Source of the DNA: Novosphingobium sp.
GTDB lineage: Bacteria; Pseudomonadota; Alphaproteobacteria; Sphingomonadales; Sphingomonadaceae
Direction: 5' to 3'
DNA length: 64,000 nucleotides
NCBI RefSeq assembly: GCF_030699305.1
Contig: NZ_JAUYNB010000031.1
Coordinates: 6,492-70,491 of the forward strand
Shown: in pieces, positions 8,873 through 18,311 of the stretch
Layout: every line of letters starts with the position of its first letter
How positions within the stretch are numbered: the stretch's first letter is position 1
Position numbers and translations under genes: made by a program
Notes under the pieces: model-generated
Databases searched by the model: none
Seen by the model: the letters and a program-made list of their open reading frames with translations, nothing else
What the model was told of the DNA's origin: nothing

Positions 8873-10212
8873 TGGCCGCGCATCTGGGTGTCGCGGGGTG
8901 ACAGGTGCTCTTGCGCGCCGGGCTTCTGGCCGGGATAGAGTCCGGATTTGGGCGTCAGGGTATCAAGGTTCCAGTCTGCTGCCACAAACGCGGCGCGCGT
9001 GGGGGCGGGGCGGGGGTAGCCAGTGCCGACTTCGTGTTCGTCGTCGATGATGTCACCGCGTCCTTCGGCAACGAAGAACAGCACGCGAATATCGTCCGGC
9101 GCACGGTCCCACGGGCGCGCGCCGCCGGTGCGCAGCAGGCTCGTTTCCACTTCACCGGCGGGCAGGATGTCATAGCCCGTGATGCTCGCCAGCGGCCTTT
9201 TGGCACGGATCAGCTTGGCACGGGTTTCGCCATAGCGGCCAAATTCCGGAAGCGGCCGACCATGCCGATCGACCGTGCGGTTGTCCCGCCCGTAATAGGC
9301 CAGGTCACCATCGCCGCCCAGCATCAGGAACGGCAGGTCGGGGTTGGTATCGTTCCCGCCGCGCATCACGTTGCCGACCGCCGTGATTTCTCCGGTGACA
9401 TAGGGCTGGCCCAGCCATTCCAGATTCATCAGGTTGTAATGCACCGCGCGGTGGCCGGGGTTGTAGATCAGGTTGTTGATCATCAGCACTTGCGCGCCGC
9501 CCTTGACCAGCGGTGACCGTTCGACGTTGTGCGCCCAGATATTGCGGTAGAACACGATGCCCGTGGCGTTGTCATGCACCAGCGAGCCCTTGGAATGTTC
9601 GCCCTTGGGGTGGCTGGCAAACGCCAGACCTTCCGCGGCCAGGTTGCCCCGGAACAGGATGTTGTGGCTGGTGCCCTTGCGCCATTCGGCCACTGTCCTG
9701 CCGGTAAAGCGCGGGCCGGACGCGGACATGTTCTCGTCGATTCCCCACAGGAAGCTGCAGTTTTCGACGATTACGTTGTGCGCGGCGACGGTGGACAGCG
9801 CATCGGCTTCCCAGCCGGACCACGCCGCTTGCCCATCGCGCCCGGTCATCACCCGCAAGTGGCTGAGGATGACATCATGCGCCTTGAGGTCGATCCCGCC
9901 GCGAATGATTGTTATGCCGGGGGATGGCGCGGTTTGTCCCGCGACGGTCAGGAACGGTTCGGTGATGGTGAGTGAGGCGCGTTCCAGATCGATCACCCCG
10001 CCAACTTCGAACACGACAATGCGCGGACCTTGTGCGTTGAGCGCAGCTTGCAGCGATCCGGGACCGTCCTTTGCCAGTGTGGTGACGCGGATGATTCGCC
10101 CGCCCGCACCGCCGCTGGTCGGCTCCACTGGCGCGGTCGATGCCGCTGCGGGGACTGCAAAAGTTTGCAGGATCAGCAGGAAAGCTGCCGTTAAATGCTG
10201 CCATGCACGCAT
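8869..10212 (-). CDS. Pectate lyase (PL1-like beta-helix)
   Basis: Signal peptide, VTTLAKDGPGSLQAAL, GPRIVVFEVGGVI, AGQTAPSPGI, DENMS, ERSP; start at MRAWQ with RBS GGAGAAG. Confidence 0.88.
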   Translation of the reverse strand: MRAWQHLTAAFLLILQTFAVPAAASTAPVEPTSGGAGGRIIRVTTLAKDGPGSLQAALNAQGPRIVVFEVGGVIDLERASLTITEPFLTVAGQTAPSPGITIIRGGIDLKAHDVILSHLRVMTGRDGQAAWSGWEADALSTVAAHNVIVENCSFLWGIDENMSASGPRFTGRTVAEWRKGTSHNILFRGNLAAEGLAFASHPKGEHSKGSLVHDNATGIVFYRNIWAHNVERSPLVKGGAQVLMINNLIYNPGHRAVHYNLMNLEWLGQPYVTGEITAVGNVMRGGNDTNPDLPFLMLGGDGDLAYYGRDNRTVDRHGRPLPEFGRYGETRAKLIRAKRPLASITGYDILPAGEVETSLLRTGGARPWDRAPDDIRVLFFVAEGRGDIIDDEHEVGTGYPRPAPTRAAFVAADWNLDTLTPKSGLYPGQKPGAQEHLSPRDTQMRGQ

Positions 10213-10270
10213 CAGTTCTTCTCCCTTGCGCAGCTTCTTGACATGGCGGGCAGGACAGGGCAATAAAAAA

Positions 10271-10284
10271 TGACACCGGTTACC
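10271..10284 (+). promoter_or_regulatory. LacI-type operator copy 4 (TGACACCGGTTACC)
   Basis: In the divergent pectate lyase/TonB receptor promoter. Confidence 0.8.
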
Positions 10285-10380
10285 ATACCGGGACAAGCGC
10301 GGCGAAAGTCGCAGCGTCCAACGCGGCGCAATGGGAGCAGAGGTGCCAGAGGTCATGCGCGCAGCCCGCGCAACTTCCTT

Positions 10381-10394
10381 TGACACCGGTATCA
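10381..10394 (+). promoter_or_regulatory. LacI-type operator copy 5 (TGACACCGGTATCA)
   Basis: Near-perfect palindrome 35 bp upstream of the TonB receptor start. Confidence 0.8.
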
Positions 10395-10428
10395 TTTGGG
10401 GGCGCCACGGGGCGTCGAGGGAGTAGAG

Positions 10429-13263
10429 ATGCGCAAGATCAATTCCAGCCGGACGCTGCTCAAGATCGCACTGATTGCCGGGAGCGCGCTGGTCGCCCCT
10501 GCTGGTGCCTGGGCGCAGAATGCCGATGCCGCTGCCGCAGCTAATGCTCCGGCCGATGAAATCATCGTCACGGGCTTTCGCCAGTCGCTCCAGGCGGCGC
10601 TCAACGTCAAGAAGAACTCGGTTGGCGCGGTCGATGCAATCGTCGCCGAAGACATCGCCAAGTTCCCTGATCAGAACCTGGCCGAATCGCTCCAGCGCAT
10701 TCCCGGCATCTCGATTTCACGCGATGCGGGCGAGGGCCGCTCGATCACCGTGCGCGGGCTGTCCAGCCAGTTCACCCGCGTGCGGGTGAACGGCATGGAA
10801 ACGGTCGCCACATCGACTGACGGGGCCAGCGCGAACCGTGATCGCGCGTTCGATTTCAACGTGTTCGCGTCCGAACTGTTCAGCAGCCTGGTGGTCCACA
10901 AGACCGCCGAGGCATCGCTGGACGAAGGGTCGCTGGGTGCCGTGGTCGATCTCAACACCGGCAATCCGCTGGCGGGCAAGGCGGGCCTGTCGGGCGCGCT
11001 GTCGCTGATCGGTTCGTATAACGACCTGTCGAAGGATCTTGGCCCGCGTGCCGCTGGCCTGCTCAGCTGGCGCAACGATGCCGGAACGTTCGGCGTGGCG
11101 GTTTCGGCGGCCTACTCGAAGACCAGGACGCTGGAACTGGGCAACAACACCGTGCGCTGGGCGCAGGCCCGGTTTGACGGGGTGGATGGCACCAACTGCT
11201 ACACCACGCCGAATGCTGGCGGATCCTATGTCGCCAGCGCCGCGTGCGACAAGGCCGCGCTGGCATTTCACCCGCGCATTCCGCGTTACGGCGAAGTCGC
11301 GCATGAGCGTGAACGCCTGGGCCTGACCGGATCGGTCCAGTTCTCGCCCACGGATGCCACCAGGATCTCGCTCGACGGGCTCTATTCCAAGTTTGACGCG
11401 GTGCGCGCCGAAAAGTGGGGCGAAGTCCTGCTGCGCTCGAACGAACGGTCGATCAACGTCGTCAGCCCGGTCTATGACGCCAACAACAACATGATTTCCG
11501 CCACGCTGAACGATGCGTGGGTGCGCACCGAGGCCTATCGCCGCGAAAGCAGCACCGAGTTTTACCAGATCGGAGCGAACTGGGATCAGGATGTGACCGA
11601 TACCCTGCGGTTCACCCTGATGGGCGGCGTATCGAAATCGAACGCGGATATCCCGGTTGAGACCACGATCATTTTCGATGACCGCGACGCGCAGGGCTAT
11701 TCCTACGACTACACCGACATGAAGCACCCCAAGCTGACGTTCGGCACCAGCGTGACCGATCCGGCCAACTTCCAGCTGGCCGAAATCCGCGACCGTCCGT
11801 CCAACGTCACCAACCGCTTCAAGACCGTGCAATTCCGGACCGAATGGGACGCGACCGAGAACCTGACGCTGAAGGCGGGCGCGGTCTGGCGCCGGTTCAG
11901 CTTCGATGCCGTCGCCTACACCCGCGATACGGCGGTGTGCGGCAACGGCGGGGTGGACCGCGTGCTCGGCACGCTGACCTGCTCACCCAGCAGCTTGTTC
12001 GGGCCGACGGCGGTGTATGGCTTCCCGGTGACCGCCGCGCTGGCGCAAAGCTTCACGATGGGCAACGCCGGTCAGCCGGCTGGCAACACCAACACCTGGC
12101 TGGTGCCCGACCTGGCCGCGACGACGGCCTTCACCAAGCTTTACAGCCGCACGGCGGCGATTGATGCGGGCAACATTCGCGGGGTCCAGGAAACCACCAA
12201 GGGCGGCTATGTGCAGGCCGACCTCAAGGGCGATCTGGGCAGCGTCGGGTTCGCGCTGAACGCGGGCGTGCGCTATGCCAAGACCGAGCAAAGCTCTTAC
12301 GGGCTGGTCAGCGGCACCCAGGCGACCGTGACGCGCAGCTATGACGATTGGCTGCCGTCGGCCAACCTGGCGATCTATCCGGTCGAGAGCGTGATCCTGC
12401 GCGCGGCGGTGGCGAAGGTGATGAACCGCCCCTCGCTCGGCTCGCTGACGCCGGGCGGCTCGGCCGACGGGTTCAACTACCGCGTCACCAGCGGCAACCC
12501 GTTCCTCAAGCCGTTCCGCGCGACCAACTATGACCTGGCGGTCGAATGGTATTTCGCTCCGCAGGCGGTGCTGTCCGCCGCGTGGTTCAAGAAGGACGTC
12601 AGCAGCTTTACCCAGTCGGCCTCGATCACCGGGGCGACCTTTACCCAGACGGGCCTGCCCGCCTCGGTGCTCAACCCCAGCTCGCCTGCCGCGCTCAACC
12701 CGGCGCAGCAGTCACAGCCGATCTGGACGCTGTCCACGACGGTGAATGGTTCGGGTGCGACGCTGTCTGGTATCGAACTGGCCGCGCAGGTGCCGTTCAA
12801 GGCCTTTACCGAAGGGTTCCTGGGCAACTTCGGGATCATCGCCAACGCCACGTTCATCAGCTCGGATGCGACCTTCAACCTGCAGGGGCCGGCGATTGCG
12901 CCGGGCGGCGCGCTCCAGCCGGCGACGCTGACCAACACCCTCAGCAACGTGTCGAAGCGGGCATGGAACGGCACCCTTTACTATGACGACGGCAAACTGA
13001 GCGCGCGCGCGATGGTCAGCTATCGCGGGCGTTATCACGAAGGGGCAAGCGGCACCGGCAACCTGCTGGAAGGGTATGGCGCAACCACCAATCTCGATGC
13101 CTCGCTGCGCTACAAGCTGACCGACTGGATCGAACTGTCGGTCGAAGGCACCAACCTGCTGGATACCTATCGCTATCGCTTCACCGATTTCGATACGGAC
13201 CGGAACTATGAAAACAACCACTTTGGCCGCACCATCATGTTCGGTGCGCGTCTGAAGCTGTAA
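10429..13263 (+). CDS. TonB-dependent receptor (carbohydrate)
   Basis: Signal peptide, DEIIVTGFR TonB box, NLAESLQRIPG plug motif, C-terminal GRTIMFGARLKL. Confidence 0.95.
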   Translation: MRKINSSRTLLKIALIAGSALVAPAGAWAQNADAAAAANAPADEIIVTGFRQSLQAALNVKKNSVGAVDAIVAEDIAKFPDQNLAESLQRIPGISISRDAGEGRSITVRGLSSQFTRVRVNGMETVATSTDGASANRDRAFDFNVFASELFSSLVVHKTAEASLDEGSLGAVVDLNTGNPLAGKAGLSGALSLIGSYNDLSKDLGPRAAGLLSWRNDAGTFGVAVSAAYSKTRTLELGNNTVRWAQARFDGVDGTNCYTTPNAGGSYVASAACDKAALAFHPRIPRYGEVAHERERLGLTGSVQFSPTDATRISLDGLYSKFDAVRAEKWGEVLLRSNERSINVVSPVYDANNNMISATLNDAWVRTEAYRRESSTEFYQIGANWDQDVTDTLRFTLMGGVSKSNADIPVETTIIFDDRDAQGYSYDYTDMKHPKLTFGTSVTDPANFQLAEIRDRPSNVTNRFKTVQFRTEWDATENLTLKAGAVWRRFSFDAVAYTRDTAVCGNGGVDRVLGTLTCSPSSLFGPTAVYGFPVTAALAQSFTMGNAGQPAGNTNTWLVPDLAATTAFTKLYSRTAAIDAGNIRGVQETTKGGYVQADLKGDLGSVGFALNAGVRYAKTEQSSYGLVSGTQATVTRSYDDWLPSANLAIYPVESVILRAAVAKVMNRPSLGSLTPGGSADGFNYRVTSGNPFLKPFRATNYDLAVEWYFAPQAVLSAAWFKKDVSSFTQSASITGATFTQTGLPASVLNPSSPAALNPAQQSQPIWTLSTTVNGSGATLSGIELAAQVPFKAFTEGFLGNFGIIANATFISSDATFNLQGPAIAPGGALQPATLTNTLSNVSKRAWNGTLYYDDGKLSARAMVSYRGRYHEGASGTGNLLEGYGATTNLDASLRYKLTDWIELSVEGTNLLDTYRYRFTDFDTDRNYENNHFGRTIMFGARLKL

Positions 13264-13298
13264 CCTGCCCATACCTGCCAGAACGGGAGCCGGACGCC

Positions 13299-14315
13299 AT
13301 GAAGATGGACCGCAGGTCGTTGATTGTCGCGGCATCGCTCACCGGACTGGCAGCGGGTCGCACCGGGCGGGCGGGGGCACAAACGCCTCCGCCCGTTGTG
13401 GTTCAAGGCCAATCGCGTGGTGGGCCGCCGGGCCTGCCGCAACCAGCCGAAACGGTCGATCTGTGGCCCAATGGGGCACCCGGCGTTCCGGCGGGGCTCT
13501 CCGAAATCGTGCAGGAACGCTCGACCGACGGTCTGGTCAGCGACCGGGCGGTGTGGGGGATAACCCGCCCGCGCATGGCCGTGTTCCGGCCTGACCGGCC
13601 CAATGGCGCGGCGGTGCTGCTGACGCCGGGCGGCGGCTACAAATGGGTGGTGGTGGACAAGGAGGGCTATGAACTGGGCCGCTGGCTGGCAGCGCGCGGG
13701 TTCACGGCCTTTGTCCTGTTCTATCGCCTGCCGGGTGAGGGCTGGGCGTCTGGCCCGGATACGCCGCTGGTCGATGCGCAGCGCGCGATGCGGCTGATCC
13801 GCCACCGCGCGGGCGAATACCGGATTGATCCCGAGCGCGTCGCGGCGATGGGCTTTTCCGCCGGGGGGCATGTCTGCGCCAGCCTGTCGACGCGGTTCGC
13901 GGCGCGGGTTTACGATCCGGTCGATGCGGCGGACCGGCTGTCGGCGCGCCCGCTCTGCGCCGCGCCGATCTATCCGGTGGTCAGCATGGACCCGGCCATC
14001 GCGCACATGGGATCGCGTGAAAAGCTGCTGGGCACCGCGCCCACCCCGGCCGCAGAGGCAGCCAACTCCCCGGATCGCACCGTGCCCGCCGATGCCCCGC
14101 CGCATTTCCTGCTGCATGCCGAGGATGACGATGTGGTCCCGGTCGACAACGCCCTGCGGCTCCACACCGCGCTACGGGCGCAAAAGGTGCCGGTCGAACT
14201 GCATCTGTTCGCGAACGGCGGCCACGGCTTTGGCCTGCGCAAGGCAACGGGCAAGCCGGTGGAAGTCTGGCCGGACTTGTGGCGCGGCTGGGCGCGGACC
14301 GTGGGGCTGGGCTGA
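13299..14315 (+). CDS. Alpha/beta hydrolase esterase (pectin acetylesterase-like), Tat-exported
   Basis: DRRSLIV leader, PGGGY, GFSAGG, D and HGF catalytic motifs. Confidence 0.85.
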   Translation: MKMDRRSLIVAASLTGLAAGRTGRAGAQTPPPVVVQGQSRGGPPGLPQPAETVDLWPNGAPGVPAGLSEIVQERSTDGLVSDRAVWGITRPRMAVFRPDRPNGAAVLLTPGGGYKWVVVDKEGYELGRWLAARGFTAFVLFYRLPGEGWASGPDTPLVDAQRAMRLIRHRAGEYRIDPERVAAMGFSAGGHVCASLSTRFAARVYDPVDAADRLSARPLCAAPIYPVVSMDPAIAHMGSREKLLGTAPTPAAEAANSPDRTVPADAPPHFLLHAEDDDVVPVDNALRLHTALRAQKVPVELHLFANGGHGFGLRKATGKPVEVWPDLWRGWARTVGLG

Positions 14316-15895
14316 TGGAGCGGCGCGACCTGCTGAAGCTGGCGGGGGCCGCTCCGGTGGTGCTGGGGACCGCTCCCGCATTGACCCACCCAGCGTCTCG
14401 CGCCGCACGCGGGACCGAGCGGCAACGCCAGCCGGACCTTGGCAATGGCACGTTCCTCAACCCCGTGCTGTCCGGCGACCGGCCCGATCCGGCGATCCTG
14501 AAGGACGGGGACAACTATTACCTGACCTTTTCCAGCTTCGATGCCTATCCGGGGCTGACGATCTGGCATTCGCGCGATCTGGTGAACTGGCAGCCGCGCG
14601 GGCCGGCGCTGACCCGCAACATCGGCTCGGTCTGGGCGGTCAGCCTGGAAAAGCATCGCGGGCGCTACTTCCTCTACATTCCGGTCAAGGCGGAACGCAA
14701 CGATACCTTCGTGATCTGGGCCGATCAGATCGACGGGCCGTGGAGCGATCCGGTGCCGCTGGGCCTGCCGCGCCATATCGATCCGTGCCATGCCGTGGGT
14801 GAGGATGGCTCGCGCTGGCTGTTCCTGTCGGGCGGAGATCGGGTGCGGCTGGCAGTTGATGGCCTGAGCCTCGCAGGGCCGGTCGAGCATGTCTATGATC
14901 CATGGCGTTATCCCGACACGTGGGATGTCGAAGGGTTCGCGCCGGAGGGGCCGAAGATCCATCGCCGGGGCGGCTGGTTCTATCTGGTCACAGCCGTTGG
15001 CGGCACGGCGGGACCGCCGACCGGGCATATGGTGATCGCGGCGCGCTCCCGCTCCATCCACGGGCCGTGGCAGCAACATCCCGGCAACCCGCTGGTGCGG
15101 ACGCAATCGGCGGGCGAGGCGTGGTGGTCACGCGGGCACGCGTCGCTGGTTGAAGCACCGGATGGCAGCTGGTGGTCGCTCTATCACGGCTATGAGGCGG
15201 GGTTCTGGACGCTGGGGCGGCAGTGCCTGCTTGATCCGGTGGAATGGACCGCCGACGGCTGGTTCCGGATGAAGGGCGGCGATCTGTCGCGGCCCTTGCG
15301 CAAGCCGCGCGGCGGACAGGCGTTGGCGCACGGAATGGCGCTGTCGGATGATTTTTCAGCGCCGCTGCGCCTCGGCAGCAAGTGGTGCTTTTTCCGGCCT
15401 GCTGCGGATGAGACCCGGCGGGTGCGGGTGGAAGGCGGCGCGCTGCACCTTGCGGGCAAGGGGCTGGCCCCGTCGAGCGGATCGCCCTTGCTGCTCACAG
15501 CGGGTGATACTTCTTACCGGTTTGAATGCGATATCGAACTGGCACCGGGCGGAACAGCGGGGCTGGTGCTGTTTTACGACGACAAGCTTTACGCCGGGCT
15601 GGGGTTTGATGAACAGCGCTTCGTCACGCATCAATACGGGATTGAGCGGGCGCGTCCGGTCAATCCGCACGGGCGGCGGATGAAGCTGCGCATCACCAAC
15701 CGGCGGCATATCGTGGCGATCCATACCAGCGGTGATGGCGGCTTGACGTGGCAGCGATTCGACCGGGGGATGGAAGTATCCGGTTATCACCACAACGTGC
15801 GCGGCGGGTTCCTGGCGCTGCGACCGGGGCTATACGCCGCCGGACCCGGCCAAGCGACGTTCCGTGACTTCCGCTACAGCGCTCTGGACGATTGA
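14315..15895 (+). CDS. Glycoside hydrolase family 43 with C-terminal beta-sandwich, Tat-exported
   Basis: ERRDLLKL leader, NPVLSGDRPDPAI, HSRDLVNW, IDP, PEGP, GHASLV; TGATG coupling. Confidence 0.92.
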   Translation: MERRDLLKLAGAAPVVLGTAPALTHPASRAARGTERQRQPDLGNGTFLNPVLSGDRPDPAILKDGDNYYLTFSSFDAYPGLTIWHSRDLVNWQPRGPALTRNIGSVWAVSLEKHRGRYFLYIPVKAERNDTFVIWADQIDGPWSDPVPLGLPRHIDPCHAVGEDGSRWLFLSGGDRVRLAVDGLSLAGPVEHVYDPWRYPDTWDVEGFAPEGPKIHRRGGWFYLVTAVGGTAGPPTGHMVIAARSRSIHGPWQQHPGNPLVRTQSAGEAWWSRGHASLVEAPDGSWWSLYHGYEAGFWTLGRQCLLDPVEWTADGWFRMKGGDLSRPLRKPRGGQALAHGMALSDDFSAPLRLGSKWCFFRPAADETRRVRVEGGALHLAGKGLAPSSGSPLLLTAGDTSYRFECDIELAPGGTAGLVLFYDDKLYAGLGFDEQRFVTHQYGIERARPVNPHGRRMKLRITNRRHIVAIHTSGDGGLTWQRFDRGMEVSGYHHNVRGGFLALRPGLYAAGPGQATFRDFRYSALDD

Positions 15896-16015
15896 TCCGG
15901 CCGGGTAATTATCCGGAATCGTCGGCGGCGTGATGGCCGTCACGGCGCTGTCTTCGATTGACCGTTATTTAATCAATGCGACCCGACCGATGGTTCTTCT
16001 GTCCATCGGCACCTG

Positions 16016-16050
16016 ACCCCCGTGCAAATCTTGCGCGGGGGTTCCTTTTT
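16016..16050 (+). terminator. Rho-independent terminator
   Basis: ACCCCCGTGCAA-ATC-TTGCGCGGGGGT stem then TCCTTTTT. Confidence 0.75.
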
Positions 16051-16850
16051 CAGCCCCGTGCGGCTGTTTCCAGCTTTTCGCCGGTGATTGGATAGCCTGC
16101 ATCGGCGTCGATCTTGAGCCACGGCTCGCCGTTTTCCAGTTCCATGAACGGGGTAATCATCCGCACCGGATGATCGGCCACATGTGTCACCGCGTCATCG
16201 AAAGTGCCGAACAGCGCCAGCCGTTCCAGATTGCGGCGGGTGGGGAAGATCACCTTGATCTGGCCCTGTTCAGCCAGATCCAGCGCCCCGGCTGCACTGG
16301 CCCAGAACAAGTGCGTGTTTTCGGTATCGTCGACCAGCAGTTCGACCGCCCCGGTGCCCAGATCGGCCAGATAGAAGCGGGTGTCGAATACGCGCACTTC
16401 GCGGTGCTTGGGGCGCCAGCGGGCAAACGGCACCAACCGCTCAAGATCCAGGGTCCAGCCCATCGCGTCCAGCACCGGGGCGAGTTCGCCCTGTTCGAGC
16501 AGCAGCGCGCGGGCGCGCAGGGCGTCTTCCAGACTGGGGCGTTGGTGAACGCCGACGGCCAGGCCGGTTTCCTCCAGCGTTTCGCGCACGGCGGCAATCC
16601 GCGCGGCGAGTTCATCGCGGGAATCGTCACCCGCCGCGCCAAGGGCATCCGCCAGCGCAAAGTCGGCATCGTCCACGCGCCCGCCGGGGAACACTGCCGC
16701 GCCGCCGGCAAAGCGCATCTGCTTCGAGCGCTGGACCATCAGGAGTTCAGGCGGACCGCCATCGGGCGCGTTGCGGAAAATGACCAGCGTGGCGGCCGGG
16801 GTGGCTGGCGGCGGTTCGCCGCTCGTGTCGAAAATATCTGCAATGTCCAT
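16050..16850 (-). CDS. NUDIX hydrolase
   Basis: PAATLVI, FPGGRVD, AAVRETLEETG Nudix box, FDTRFY. Confidence 0.9.
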   Translation of the reverse strand: MDIADIFDTSGEPPPATPAATLVIFRNAPDGGPPELLMVQRSKQMRFAGGAAVFPGGRVDDADFALADALGAAGDDSRDELAARIAAVRETLEETGLAVGVHQRPSLEDALRARALLLEQGELAPVLDAMGWTLDLERLVPFARWRPKHREVRVFDTRFYLADLGTGAVELLVDDTENTHLFWASAAGALDLAEQGQIKVIFPTRRNLERLALFGTFDDAVTHVADHPVRMITPFMELENGEPWLKIDADAGYPITGEKLETAARG

Positions 16851-16999
16851 CTTGCGCCGCACCGTGCAGGGGGGAAGCGGCTTTGCCAAGGGGCTTTCCC
16901 ATCATTTTATCGCATTGCCTGTCGGCCAGTTTTACAATCGCCGATTGCGGTATCCGGGCTGCCTTGGCCAAAGTGCTGAAAAATAAGCGGCTGATGGAT

Positions 17000-17016
17000 T
17001 TGGCACGGTCAATGCA
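17000..17016 (+). promoter_or_regulatory. Sigma54 (-24/-12) promoter
   Basis: TTGGCACGGTCAATGCA with exact GG-N10-GC spacing; upstream palindrome CAATCG-C-CGATTG (16935-16947) and AT-rich tract. Confidence 0.7.
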
Positions 17017-17026
17017 TATAAGTTTG

Positions 17027-17230
17027 CACCCAAGCAGTCTCGACTGAGGCGGGGCCGCTTCTGGTCTCCGCAGCCCCGCCTCCCCGAGAACTTTGGTTCC
17101 CCACATCCGCAAGCTGGAACGCAGCCGCCCTCAAAGCAGCCGCCTCAACGCAGCCATTCGTGTCAGCCGCGTGGCCGATTCATGTCAGCGCATACGAAAA
17201 AGGCCCCCCGCGCGGCGGGAGGCCTTGTTG
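17027..17230 (+). ncRNA. Candidate sigma54-dependent small RNA
   Basis: Downstream of the -24/-12 promoter; 10-bp stem 17046-17082, repeated CAGCC units, ends in a hairpin; no credible ORF/RBS. Confidence 0.45.
17197..17230. terminator. Terminator hairpin (clear U-tract on - strand for grxD; weak on +)
   Basis: AAAAAGGCCCCCCGC-GCG-GCGGGAGGCCTTGTT. Confidence 0.75.
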
Positions 17231-17249
17231 TCGGGTCGGCGGGGCCGGA

Positions 17250-17579
17250 TCAGTTGGCGGAAGCCACGCCCGCGTCAGTGACCAGCTGCTGCAATTCGCC
17301 CGCTTCGAACATTTCCATCATGATGTCGCTGCCGCCCACGAACTCACCCTTCACGTAAAGCTGGGGGATGGTCGGCCAGTCGGAGAATGACTTGATGCCC
17401 TGACGGATTTCCATGTCCTGCAACACGTCCACGCTTTCATAGCTGACGCCAAGGTGATCGAGGATCGCGATTGCCTTGCTGGAAAAACCGCACTGCGGGA
17501 ACAGCGGGGTTCCCTTCATGAACAGCACCACATCGTTGGTGCCCACGATATCGGCGATGCGCTGGTTGGAATCGGACAT
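17250..17579 (-). CDS. grxD: Monothiol glutaredoxin Grx4
   Basis: [33 protein letters not shown]. Confidence 0.96.
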   Translation of the reverse strand: MSDSNQRIADIVGTNDVVLFMKGTPLFPQCGFSSKAIAILDHLGVSYESVDVLQDMEIRQGIKSFSDWPTIPQLYVKGEFVGGSDIMMEMFEAGELQQLVTDAGVASAN

Positions 17580-17599
17580 GGGGTAAGCTCCTTCGCCGC

Positions 17600-17833
17600 T
17601 CAATTGGGAACGGCGGTGGTCAGTTGCAAGGCGTGCAGTTCACCGCCCATGCGCCCGCCGAGCGCGGCATAGACCAGTTTGTGCTGGGCAATGCGCGGTT
17701 TGCCGGTGAAAGCGGCGGACACGACATGGGCGGCATAATGATCGCCATCGCCGCGCAAGTCGGTGATTGTGACGTCCGCATCGGGCAGCGCCGCCTTGAT
17801 CAGCGCCTCGATCTGCGCGGCGGCCATGGCCAT
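17600..17833 (-). CDS. BolA family protein
   Basis: [21 protein letters not shown]; adjacent to grxD. Confidence 0.93.
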   Translation of the reverse strand: MAMAAAQIEALIKAALPDADVTITDLRGDGDHYAAHVVSAAFTGKPRIAQHKLVYAALGGRMGGELHALQLTTAVPN

Positions 17834-17836
17834 GGC

Positions 17837-18160
17837 TCAGGCCTCGCCCATCAGCGCGCGTTTGGCTTCCACGGTTTTGGCTTCCAGCGCGGCGCGGACA
17901 TCGGCATCGCTGATGTCGACCCCGGCCGAAACCAGATCGCCCAGCAGCTTGCGGATTACGTCTTCATCGCCCGATTCCTCAAAATCAGCCTGAACGACGG
18001 CCTTGGCATAGCCTTCGGTTTCGACGGCGGAGAGGCCCATCTTTTCGGCAGCCCACTGGCCGAGCAGACGGTTGCGGCGGGCGGTGATGCGGAAATGCAT
18101 TTCGCCGTCGTGGGCAAACTTGGCTTCTTCAGCGCGTTCACGGTCGTTGAAATTGGTCAT
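17837..18160 (-). CDS. DUF1476-type protein
   Basis: FNDRERAEEAKFAHD, ARRNRLLGQWAAEKMG. Confidence 0.85.
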   Translation of the reverse strand: MTNFNDRERAEEAKFAHDGEMHFRITARRNRLLGQWAAEKMGLSAVETEGYAKAVVQADFEESGDEDVIRKLLGDLVSAGVDISDADVRAALEAKTVEAKRALMGEA

Positions 18161-18311
18161 GCTGGCTCCTGCTCGCAAATCTGGGCGGCGCTTGCCCGGC
18201 GCAAGGCGCAGGGATTGGCACCTGATCGAAATCGAGGCCCGCCTTACACGCCGCCGATACAGAGGCAAGCGTCATTGGCTGTGGCCAAGGTCAACTGACT
18301 TGTCCGACGGT

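Noticed and set aside
576-16050. Pectin locus as an island integrated at tRNA-Arg
   Set aside because: No integrase, no duplicated tRNA 3' end seen at the far side, and GC/codon style matches the backbone
17093-17281. 62-aa ORF downstream of the sigma54 promoter
   Set aside because: TTG start without an RBS, Arg/Ser-rich shadow-like composition, and it runs through the terminator into grxD
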